From contig DAIPBO010000009.1 of assembly GCA_036774405.1 (NCBI GenBank), positions 8,083 through 72,082 on the forward strand: a stretch of DNA of 64,000 nucleotides. The letters run 5' to 3'. Source of the DNA: Chloroflexota bacterium (GTDB taxonomy: Bacteria > Chloroflexota > Anaerolineae > UBA1429). The notes below the pieces were generated by a model. The model saw only the letters and a program-made list of their open reading frames with translations, did not search any database and was not told the origin of the DNA. The position numbers and the translations under genes were made by a program. Below are positions 47,856-56,001 of the stretch, piece by piece (the first letter of the stretch is position 1; the number at the start of each line of letters is the position of its first letter).

Positions 47856-49418
47856 ATGCCAATCTATCAGTCTCCGGGCGTTTACATCGAAGAGGTCGAC
47901 CGTGGCACACGGCCCATTGAGGCGGTGGGCACCGCAGTTGCGGCCTTTGTCGGCTTTAGCGCCAAGGCCGAGATGCCAGGCGGCGTCAATGAACCGGTGT
48001 CGCTTTTGGGCAAAGCTGTTGCGGTGACCAACTGGTCGCAGTATGTAGAGAGGTATGGCGGCTTTCTCGATGGGGCATACCTGCCCTATGCCGTGTACGG
48101 CTACTTTTTGAACGGTGGCAGTCGCTGCTATGTCGTCAGCGTCAAGACATTGGGAGCTTCGACAGATCCGAGCCTGGCCAGCCCCGCCATGGTGGCGCTG
48201 CCAAGCGGCGGTGAAAAGCCGGCCGATACCCTACAGATCACGTCACGCTCGGGTGGCCCCGCCGGCAATGATATTCAGGTGGCAGTGCGTCCGCTCGAGG
48301 AGGATCGCTTTACGCTGGTCATCAGCGGGCCCGATGGCGCCAGCGAGACCTTCGAGGGCCTGACTCTCGCCAAAGACGAGCGTAACGTCGAGGTGGTGGT
48401 CAACGCCCAGTCTCGACTGGTCAAAGTGGCGGTGCTTAAGGCGGCTGGCAGTTTGGTCGAGCGCAAGCCCCAAGAGGGCACCTACACGCTGACCGGCGGC
48501 GCTATGCAGACCAAGGCCGTTACTGCGGCCGACTATCGCGGGCAGGTGGCGGAGCGCACGGGGATCGGCGGCCTCGAGGCGGTGGAAGAGATCACCATGC
48601 TGGCTGCACCAGATCTCATGGCCAGCTATCAGGCCGGTGAGATGTCGTTGGGCGACGTGCAGGCGGTGCAGCAGGCAATGTACGAGCACTGCGAACGTGT
48701 CAAGTACGCTTTTGCCATCCTCGATTGCCCACCCGATCTGGGGCCTCAGGCCATGCGCGATTGGCGCCTCACAGCCAACTACGACACCAAGTACGCCGCG
48801 CTCTACTATCCCTGGATCGAGACGGGCGACATGGTACGTGGCAAGGGCGTTGTGCGCGTTCCGCCTTCGGGCCACATCGCTGGCGTCTATGCGCGTAGCG
48901 ACGCCGAGCGGGGCGTACACAAGGCTCCAGCCAACGAGGTGGTGCGCGGTGCTACGGGGCTGCCCATCCAGATCACTCGCGCCGAACAGGATAGCCTCAA
49001 CCCGATCGGCATCAACTGCATCCGATCCTTCCCAGGGCGTGGCCTGCGCGTTTGGGGCGCTCGCACCCTCAGCAGTGATCCTGCCTGGCGCTACATCAAC
49101 GTGCGCCGGCTGTTCAACATGGTTGAAGAGTCGATCGAGCGGGGGACACAGTGGGTCGTGTTTGAGCCGAACGACGCCGACCTGTGGGCACGGGTGCGCC
49201 GCGATGTGCGCGCCTTTCTCAAGACCGTGTGGTCGTCGGGGGCGCTGTTCGGGGCTTCGCCCGACGAAGCCTTTTACGTCAAGTGTGATGAGGAACTCAA
49301 CCCACCCGAAGTGCGCGATCTGGGCCAGCTGATCATCGAGATCGGCATTGCGCCAGTCAAGCCGGCTGAGTTTGTCATCTTCCGTATCAGCCAGTGGGCC
49401 GGGCCATCGGCCGAGTAG
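47856..49418 (+). CDS. Contractile tail sheath protein (Afp2/3/4, phage sheath family).
   Basis: MPIYQSPGVYIEEVDRGTRPIEAVGTAVAAFVG N-terminus. Conserved C-terminal sheath domain (AALYYPW...GHIAGVYARSD...APANE). Size 520 aa. Confidence 0.85.
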   Translation: MPIYQSPGVYIEEVDRGTRPIEAVGTAVAAFVGFSAKAEMPGGVNEPVSLLGKAVAVTNWSQYVERYGGFLDGAYLPYAVYGYFLNGGSRCYVVSVKTLGASTDPSLASPAMVALPSGGEKPADTLQITSRSGGPAGNDIQVAVRPLEEDRFTLVISGPDGASETFEGLTLAKDERNVEVVVNAQSRLVKVAVLKAAGSLVERKPQEGTYTLTGGAMQTKAVTAADYRGQVAERTGIGGLEAVEEITMLAAPDLMASYQAGEMSLGDVQAVQQAMYEHCERVKYAFAILDCPPDLGPQAMRDWRLTANYDTKYAALYYPWIETGDMVRGKGVVRVPPSGHIAGVYARSDAERGVHKAPANEVVRGATGLPIQITRAEQDSLNPIGINCIRSFPGRGLRVWGARTLSSDPAWRYINVRRLFNMVEESIERGTQWVVFEPNDADLWARVRRDVRAFLKTVWSSGALFGASPDEAFYVKCDEELNPPEVRDLGQLIIEIGIAPVKPAEFVIFRISQWAGPSAE

Positions 49419-49461
49419 CTGACTCGTGGCGCATGAGCGCGGCGATTGAGGAGGAACACAG

Positions 49462-49905
49462 ATGGGTGAGCGTCAGGACCCATTGGTTGGTTTTCACTAT
49501 GCCATTGACGTGCAAGGCAAGATCCGCGGTTACTTTACCGAGTGTAGCGGCATCGGCTCAGAGCACGAAGTCATCGAACACAAAGTCGTCGACGAAAAGG
49601 GCCGCGAGGTCATCATGAAGCTCCCTGGACGCCTCAAGTGGGAGAACATCACTCTCAAGCGGGGCATCACCAACAATATGGACATCTGGGATTGGCGCGA
49701 CGAGGTTGTCCGCGGCAAGGTGGATGATGCGCGACGCAACGGCTCGATTATCATGTTCGATCAATCGCTCAAAGAGGTCGCGCGCTGGAACTTTGAGCGA
49801 GCGTGGCCGGTCAAGGTTAGCGGACCGGCGGTCAAGGCTGACAGCAACGAGTTTGCGATCGAGGAACTGGTGATCACGCACGAGTATCTGTATCGCGCGC
49901 CTTAA
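49462..49905 (+). CDS. Inner tube protein (Afp1/Pvc1-like, T4 gp19 fold).
   Basis: PLVGFHYAIDVQG...GYFTECSGIGSE...KWENITLKRGIT pattern of eCIS/T6SS Hcp-like tube proteins. Size 147 aa. Confidence 0.8.
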   Translation: MGERQDPLVGFHYAIDVQGKIRGYFTECSGIGSEHEVIEHKVVDEKGREVIMKLPGRLKWENITLKRGITNNMDIWDWRDEVVRGKVDDARRNGSIIMFDQSLKEVARWNFERAWPVKVSGPAVKADSNEFAIEELVITHEYLYRAP

Positions 49906-49921
49906 GGCTGGCGGCTGAACC

Positions 49922-50281
49922 ATGCAGACCGAATTCACGTTCCGCCTGCCCTTGGGCTATCAGGACGGCGCTGGCCAGGTGCACCGAGAGGGCTCGATGC
50001 GCCTGGCGACGGCCATAGATGAGATCGCGCCGCTTGGCGACGCGCGCGTGCGCGCAAACGAAGCCTATCTCTCCGTGCTGTTGCTCGCGCGGGTGGTCAC
50101 ACGGCTGGGATCTCTTCCGACGGTGACCACCGAGGTCATCGAGGGGTTGTTCTCGGCCGACGTGGCCTTTTTGCAGGCGCTCTATCGGCAGATCAACCTG
50201 ACCGGCGGTTCCGTGGTCGAGGCCGTTTGCCCGCACTGCGGCCAGACGTTTGAGGCGCTGCTCGCCTCGTCCGAACCATGA
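49922..50281 (+). CDS. Small conserved hypothetical protein between the two tube genes (possible assembly chaperone). C-terminal CxxC.
   Basis: 119-aa ORF with an ATG 16 nt after the tube stop. No recognisable family. VCPHCGQTFEAL at the C-terminus. Confidence 0.4.
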   Translation: MQTEFTFRLPLGYQDGAGQVHREGSMRLATAIDEIAPLGDARVRANEAYLSVLLLARVVTRLGSLPTVTTEVIEGLFSADVAFLQALYRQINLTGGSVVEAVCPHCGQTFEALLASSEP

Positions 50282-50322
50282 TCAGGTGACATGAGATCAT
50301 GTGCTGTGAGTAGGATGGGCTG

Positions 50323-50751
50323 ATGGAAGTCGAGGCGTATCCGGCCTTTCGGTTTGCCGTGCAGATCGAGGGCGTCACTGAGGCCATGTTCACCGAATGC
50401 ACCTTGCCGTCCCTCGAGGTAGACGTGCGCGAGCAACTCGAGGGCGGCTATAACGATGGCACGCATCTCTTGCCAGGGCGGGTCAAGCGCGGCACCGTGG
50501 CTCTCAAGCGTGGCGTGGCCCGGCAGAGCGCGCTGCTGCGCTGGTACAACGAAGTGATGCAGGGGCAGATCGCCAAGAGCCGTCGGCAGGTATCGGTGCT
50601 CTTGCTCGACTCGCTTGGCGAGACGGTGCTGCGATGGGATTTCGTCGGAGCCTATCCAACCAAGTGGTCGGGTCCTACACTCAACAGTGGCAGCAAAGAG
50701 CTGGCCGTCGAGACGCTCGAACTGGGCTTTGAGAATGTGACGGTGGGGTGA
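50323..50751 (+). CDS. Second tube paralog (Afp5/Pvc5-like).
   Basis: FRFAVQIEG...FTECTLPSLEVDV...GRVKRGTVALKRGV. Size 142 aa. Confidence 0.8.
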   Translation: MEVEAYPAFRFAVQIEGVTEAMFTECTLPSLEVDVREQLEGGYNDGTHLLPGRVKRGTVALKRGVARQSALLRWYNEVMQGQIAKSRRQVSVLLLDSLGETVLRWDFVGAYPTKWSGPTLNSGSKELAVETLELGFENVTVG

Positions 50752-52793
50752 CTGTGACCGAGCGAACGGCAAAGGTAGACGTGGTAAGCGACCTGGCTCA
50801 CGAGGTGGCCGGTCGGTATGCGCCAGCGAGGCTGCTTGTGGGGCTGGGCTCGACGGGCCCAGTGCGCCTACGGCCGCAGGTGACGCTGCGCCTGAGCGAG
50901 CCGGCACCTCCGGCGATTCCTGGCGAGGCGCAAGAGTCGCCCGTAGCCACAGAGTCCCTGACGACACCAGATAGGTCGGCGGTCGCTCCACCCGAGGTAT
51001 CTACAGCCAGCCAAGGGCGTGCCTGGTATGAGCGGCCGTGGCCGTTCACGGTGGAGCAGGTACAGGCCGCCCTCGAGCAGCCGAAAGTATCCTCACCTGA
51101 GGCCATCGCGGCGTCGCAGATTGTGGCTGAGCCGACGCAATCGGCCGCTGAACAACCATCGCATTCAGGCCCAGCGCCAGATCGCGAGCTGCTGCCTGGC
51201 GCCGCAGAGTCGGCCCCACAACAGGGGGTACCCCCTCGCCGTCGACGCGCACAGGTCGACGAATTGTCTGCGACAGTCACCGCAGTTGCCGAGGATACCC
51301 CGTCTCATAGAGCGCCTCGCGCTGAGTCAGGCCGTATAGACGATGAGATGGTTGCCCCTGCCAGTACGGCCGAGCGGGGGCCGGTCGCCGACGCACACAG
51401 ACCAGCCACTGAGGCCACGCGGCCCGCAGCAGCAATCGCGCGTCGCCAGCGAGTCGATAGCGCGCGACCAGATGCACCTGCTGATGTGATGCCGCCGCGA
51501 GCAGCAGCGCCCGCGCCAGCCAGCCAGGCCCCGAACAAAGACGCGATCGACGCGACTGAAGACAGTGCCATGCAAGTACCCGAACCTCTCGCCCGGCCGG
51601 CGAGAGCCTCGGAGCCAGTCGCGCCGCCGATTGTCTCCAACGCATCCTCTGCTGATGCTGTGGTCGCGCAGAACATGCCCCTCATCGACCTATCCATCGC
51701 CCCCCCGCGTGTCGGGGGTGAATATGATGCTGGGCCGCGCCCAACTGGTGGCGACATAGAGACACGGCCAGCCGCGGAGTCACTGTCCGAGCCCGGTCGC
51801 GCTCTAGCCTCGCCGCAGCCCACAACCATGGTCCGCCCAAGGGCGCCGCTGCTACCATCAACGACAGCTGAACCGCGCAGCAGCGAGGTGGCCCTGACCT
51901 TAGCGGCCGTGCCGCCCGTCGGCGAGCCGCCAACCTCCTTTCTGCCTCCCACAGCGGCGGCAGACGCTACCAGTAGATCGGTGCCCGCGGCTGTGAACGG
52001 TCCATTGCCCCTGCAGCGCAGGGCCGTGCAGCGTAGCGATGTCGCACAGCCTCTGGATCAAGCCGAAAGCCTGCCGGAGCGTCATTCTCAGGCTGAAAGG
52101 CCCACAGAACCTCTGGACAGACCACCCGCAGGGCCACCTGTGTACGACCTCAGCGCGCGGTACGAGGCGGCCCTGGACGCCTATCGTGCTGTGCGCTCAG
52201 GCCAGACAGAGCCGTCCATCGAGGCCGCCTCAGCGTCGCCGGCCATAGCCTCTGAGAACTCAGGTGGCTCGATGGTGCAGCGAGTGTCTCTCCGGTCAGA
52301 GGATGCCGCTTCCGCCTCGCTGCTCGAGCCCTCGGCTCATACCGAGCCGGAGACTCTGGGTACCGCCATCCCGACCTTGTCTCTGGTGCGACCTCTCGCG
52401 CGGGCTGGCGCTGCGGTTGAGCAGGCCCCATCGCCGCAGATGGCGCCAGCAGAAGGCGACCGCAGCGTGCAGCTACAGCGTGTGCAGCAGCCTGTCGCGC
52501 TCGAGCAGGCGCATGTTGGGGCCAGAGTGATCTCGACGCCGCCGATGGTCAGCGAACCGTCGAGGAGCAAGCACGCCGCACCTGAGGCATCTGCCGGTGG
52601 CGATGTGGTTCTGCAGCGCGCAACGGTCACGGCCCCAGAGGGACAGGGCGAAGCGAACACGTCTGGCGCGCAGGCTGGGCCTCCTCCAGCGGCCGAGGTC
52701 AATATCGACCGCCTTGCAGAGGAGGTTATGCAGCGTCTGCGCCGTCGTCTACAGATCGAGGCCGATCGCCTCGGCCGGCCAGGTTGGCGCTAG
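50748..52793 (+). CDS. Large Pro/Ala/Ser-rich low-complexity protein in the tape-measure position (candidate tail-length determinator analog, or a disordered substrate/scaffold). GTG start.
   Basis: 681 aa with extreme P/A/S/E bias and a short helical C-terminus (EVNIDRLAEEVMQRLRRRLQIEADRL). Lies between the tube and the LysM/tube-initiator gene. Confidence 0.35.
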   Translation: MTVTERTAKVDVVSDLAHEVAGRYAPARLLVGLGSTGPVRLRPQVTLRLSEPAPPAIPGEAQESPVATESLTTPDRSAVAPPEVSTASQGRAWYERPWPFTVEQVQAALEQPKVSSPEAIAASQIVAEPTQSAAEQPSHSGPAPDRELLPGAAESAPQQGVPPRRRRAQVDELSATVTAVAEDTPSHRAPRAESGRIDDEMVAPASTAERGPVADAHRPATEATRPAAAIARRQRVDSARPDAPADVMPPRAAAPAPASQAPNKDAIDATEDSAMQVPEPLARPARASEPVAPPIVSNASSADAVVAQNMPLIDLSIAPPRVGGEYDAGPRPTGGDIETRPAAESLSEPGRALASPQPTTMVRPRAPLLPSTTAEPRSSEVALTLAAVPPVGEPPTSFLPPTAAADATSRSVPAAVNGPLPLQRRAVQRSDVAQPLDQAESLPERHSQAERPTEPLDRPPAGPPVYDLSARYEAALDAYRAVRSGQTEPSIEAASASPAIASENSGGSMVQRVSLRSEDAASASLLEPSAHTEPETLGTAIPTLSLVRPLARAGAAVEQAPSPQMAPAEGDRSVQLQRVQQPVALEQAHVGARVISTPPMVSEPSRSKHAAPEASAGGDVVLQRATVTAPEGQGEANTSGAQAGPPPAAEVNIDRLAEEVMQRLRRRLQIEADRLGRPGWR

Positions 52794-52806
52794 GAGGGAT
52801 GCAGAG

Positions 52807-53466
52807 ATGCCTACCACTCGCGGCGGCCTCGAGCCCGCTACCATTACCAACAAGACCACGGGCGAAATCACGGCGTGCATGTTCAATCCGTTTGAGTACA
52901 CGATCAGCAAGCAGAATCAGTACGAGAACGCCGAGACCAAAGGGCGGAACATTCCTCGTGTACGCTTTCGGCAGGGTGGCGCCCAGACGCTGGGGCTCAG
53001 GCTGCTGTTCGACACCTATGCCGAGGCCAGCGATGTGCGGGCCGTCACGGGTACGCTATGGCGCATGATGATGATCGATGAGGATCAGGCTGATAGCCGT
53101 ACCGGCAAAGGAGAGCCGCCACACTGTGTCTTTCGGTGGGGCAGGTTCGAATTCGAGGCCGTGATCACCCGCGTGACAGAGAAGATGACTCTCTTCTTGC
53201 GTGACGGTACGCCGGTGCGCAGCGAGGTTGACATTGCCCTGCAGCAAGTGATCGATGAGGAAGAGCATGCCGCAACCAACCCCACATCGGGTGGTGGTGC
53301 CGCCTATAGGACACGCCTGGTACTGGCCGGCGATCGCCTCGACCTGATCGCCTTTGACGTGTATGGCGATGCCACCCGCTGGCGTCTGTTGGCCGAGGCC
53401 AACGCCATCACCGATCCGCTACGCCTGCGGCCTGGGCAGGTTCTCCTAATCCCACCGTTGGTGTGA
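52807..53466 (+). CDS. LysM-domain tail protein (Afp7/P2 gpX-like tube initiator/baseplate hub component).
   Basis: C-terminal LysM YRTRLVLAGDRLDLIAFDVYGDATRWRLLAEANAITDP...LRPGQVLLIP. GGAGGG RBS. The ORF-track start (52597) lies inside the previous gene. Confidence 0.6.
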   Translation: MPTTRGGLEPATITNKTTGEITACMFNPFEYTISKQNQYENAETKGRNIPRVRFRQGGAQTLGLRLLFDTYAEASDVRAVTGTLWRMMMIDEDQADSRTGKGEPPHCVFRWGRFEFEAVITRVTEKMTLFLRDGTPVRSEVDIALQQVIDEEEHAATNPTSGGGAAYRTRLVLAGDRLDLIAFDVYGDATRWRLLAEANAITDPLRLRPGQVLLIPPLV

Positions 53467-53470
53467 GACG

Positions 53471-55174
53471 ATGACAGCCAATCAGGAAGCACTGATCAGA
53501 CAGATTCATGTGAGCGTGGGGGGCCAAGAGCTCGACGCACGGCTGATGACCGACCTGTTCCGCGTCGAAGTCGATACCAGCCTCACCCTGCCCGACATGT
53601 GTGTGCTGCACCTACACGATCGCAACGCCGAACTTGTTGATGAAGGTCCCTTTGAGCTGGGGGCCGAAGTGAGTGTGGGGGTGGGCGACGAGCAGGGCCG
53701 CGGTGACAACGCTCTGTTTGTTGGCGAGATCACTGGCATCGAGCCCGAGTATCGCCGCGGGACAGTGGTCGATCTGCTGGTGCGAGCCTACGACCGCACC
53801 CATCGGTTGCAGCGAGGTACGCGGACGCGCACCTTTCAGAATGTCACCGATAGCGACATCGCCACGGAGGTGGCTCAAGTGGCGGGGCTGCGTGCCGACG
53901 TGGACACGACCACCACGCAACACGAGCACGTATTCCAGGATGGCACCAGCGACTATGCCTTCTTACAACAGCGTGCCGATGCGATCGGCTACTATCTCTG
54001 GGTGCGCGAGCAGACGCTCTACTTTAAGCGCGAGTCTGCCACGGGCAATGCTGTGGACCTCGAGTGGGGCCGCGGGTTGCTCGAGTTTCATCCGGTGCTG
54101 GCGCTAACACAACAGGTCAACGAAGTGGCCGTGCGCGGCTGGAATCCCGAGGCCAAGCGTGAGGTTCTGGGGAGTGCCACCACCGGCAGCGCAGCGCCCG
54201 CAATCGGCCAGTCTGGCAGCGGGGCCAGTCTGGCAGAAGACTCCTTTGGGGCGGCCAGCGCACTGGTGGTGGCAACGGGGCTTGCAGCGCAAGAGGAGGC
54301 CGACCGGCTGGCACGCGCCACATTCGATCACTATGACGGCCGTTTTGTCGAGGCGCAAGGTGTCTGCGTGGGCAATGATGCTATCCAGGCTGGAACCATT
54401 GTGAACATCAGCGCCGTGGGCCAGCGCTTTAGTGGACACTATACGGTTACCAAGGCTACCCATATCTGGGATACTCAAGATGACTATCTGACCCACTTTG
54501 CTGTGACGGGCAGAGGTGGAGACACGCTTCGTGAGCTGATTACTGGCAGACCACGAGAGGATCGCACGTGGCCCATCATGGTGGGCATTGTCACCAACAA
54601 CGATGATCCGCAGGGGCAGGGCAGAGTGCGCGTCAGGTTGCCATGGCTGGGAGACGAGGCCGAAGCCCAATGGGCACGTGTGGCCAGCCCAGGAGCCGGC
54701 AACCGGCGAGGGCTTTTGGTGCTGCCCGAGGTGAACGATGAGGTGCTGGTCGGCTTTGAGCAGGGTGATATCGGACAGCCGATCGTGCTCGGGGGTCTAT
54801 GGAATGGGCAGGACGCCTTGCCAGCTGACTCGTCTGATGTGGTGGTGAATGGCGAGGTCAACCAGCGTGCATGGGTGACGCGACGAGGGCACAAGATCGT
54901 GCTCTCTGAACAGAACCCGGCGTTGGTGCGCATTGAGAGTGTGGCGGGCAACACGCTGGTTATCGATGATGACAACGCACGGATTGAGATAAGAACTGCA
55001 GGGGGCAACACACTAACGCTCGACGACAACGGACAGTCACTCAAGATCGGGGGCAATGGACAGATCGAGATCGAGTCGAGCACCAACCTCAGTATCAAAG
55101 CGGGCGGCAATCTTGATCTCGAGGCCAGTGGCGTCACCACGATCCGTGGCGCCACTGTACAGCTCAACCCATAG
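53471..55174 (+). CDS. Baseplate hub/spike protein (Afp8-like, phage late control gene D + gp5/VgrG-like C-terminal beta-helix).
   Basis: gpD-type N-domain. C-terminal repeats ...LVIDDDNARIEIRTAGGNTLTLDDNGQSLKIGGNGQIEIESSTNLSIKAGGNLDLEASG. Confidence 0.75.
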   Translation: MTANQEALIRQIHVSVGGQELDARLMTDLFRVEVDTSLTLPDMCVLHLHDRNAELVDEGPFELGAEVSVGVGDEQGRGDNALFVGEITGIEPEYRRGTVVDLLVRAYDRTHRLQRGTRTRTFQNVTDSDIATEVAQVAGLRADVDTTTTQHEHVFQDGTSDYAFLQQRADAIGYYLWVREQTLYFKRESATGNAVDLEWGRGLLEFHPVLALTQQVNEVAVRGWNPEAKREVLGSATTGSAAPAIGQSGSGASLAEDSFGAASALVVATGLAAQEEADRLARATFDHYDGRFVEAQGVCVGNDAIQAGTIVNISAVGQRFSGHYTVTKATHIWDTQDDYLTHFAVTGRGGDTLRELITGRPREDRTWPIMVGIVTNNDDPQGQGRVRVRLPWLGDEAEAQWARVASPGAGNRRGLLVLPEVNDEVLVGFEQGDIGQPIVLGGLWNGQDALPADSSDVVVNGEVNQRAWVTRRGHKIVLSEQNPALVRIESVAGNTLVIDDDNARIEIRTAGGNTLTLDDNGQSLKIGGNGQIEIESSTNLSIKAGGNLDLEASGVTTIRGATVQLNP

Positions 55175-55177
55175 GAG

Positions 55178-55585
55178 TTGATGATGGCGGCGGTGCCGGC
55201 GGCCAAGCAGGGCGATTTGGTGCAGGCGATGGACACCCACATCGTGATGGTGCCCACGCCCGGTGGATCTGTACCCACGCCCATGCCCGGGCACCCTTTC
55301 GCGGGCACCATCGATGGTGGGTTGAGCAGTAATGTCACCATCATGGGGCGACCCGCTGCCACCATGAACAGTACTGCTACCAACCAGCCCCCACATATAC
55401 CCATCGGCGGGCCATCTTTTCAGGTGCCGCCCAGTAATCGTGCCACCATTGTGCAAGGAAGCGCCACAGTCTTGATCAACGGACTGCCAGCGGCGCGTAA
55501 CGGTGATATGGCGCTCACTTGCGATGACGCCGCACCAGCTCCGCACGGTCAGGTGATTGCCACAGGTACCGTCTTGATTGGCTGA
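55178..55585 (+). CDS. PAAR-domain spike tip protein (Afp10-like).
   Basis: Three PAAR-like beta-strand repeats. Ends GDMALTCDDAAPAPHGQVIATGTVLIG. Size 135 aa. Confidence 0.65.
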   Translation: MMMAAVPAAKQGDLVQAMDTHIVMVPTPGGSVPTPMPGHPFAGTIDGGLSSNVTIMGRPAATMNSTATNQPPHIPIGGPSFQVPPSNRATIVQGSATVLINGLPAARNGDMALTCDDAAPAPHGQVIATGTVLIG

Positions 55586-55599
55586 AAGGCAGGAGACCA

Positions 55600-55995
55600 T
55601 TGGCGGGCGATATCATTGGACGTGGTTGGACATTTCCGCCTCGACTCGATGAGCGTGGTCAGGTCGCCATGGTCGGTGGCGAGGTCGAGATCGAACAGGC
55701 AGTAAGGATCATTCTAGGCACCTCACCGGGCCAGCGGGTCATGCGACCCGAGTTCGGCTGTCGGCTTCAAGAACTCGTTTTTGCGCCCAACAACAGCCGC
55801 ACCGCTGGCCTCGCCGAGCGCTATGTACGCGAGGCGCTAGGGCGCTGGGAGCCGCGCATTCGAGTGACCGCGGTGAGCGTGAGCACTGACAATCAGCATG
55901 AGGGGCAGTTGTCTATCGGCGTCGAGTATCTCATCAAGGCAACTCACTCGAGCCGTTCCTTGGTCTACCCATTCTACCTGATTCCAGAGGAGTAA
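55600..55995 (+). CDS. Baseplate wedge protein gp25/GPW-like (Afp9).
   Basis: GDIIGRGWTFP...EQAVRIILGTSPGQRVMRPEFGCRLQELVF is the conserved GPW_gp25 motif. Size 131 aa. Confidence 0.8.
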   Translation: MAGDIIGRGWTFPPRLDERGQVAMVGGEVEIEQAVRIILGTSPGQRVMRPEFGCRLQELVFAPNNSRTAGLAERYVREALGRWEPRIRVTAVSVSTDNQHEGQLSIGVEYLIKATHSSRSLVYPFYLIPEE

Positions 55996-56001
55996 AGCAG
56001 C

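Noticed and set aside
52597-52806. Upstream extension of the LysM gene ORF.
   Set aside because: It lies inside the preceding low-complexity gene. The ATG at 52807 with a GGAGGG RBS follows that gene's stop.
53140-53160. GGTTCGAATTCGAGG, resembling a tRNA T-arm.
   Set aside because: It is inside the LysM protein coding sequence, with no acceptor-stem or anticodon-arm pairing around it. No tRNA was found in the window.
54484-55404. 306-aa minus-strand ORF.
   Set aside because: Antisense to the spike and PAAR genes.
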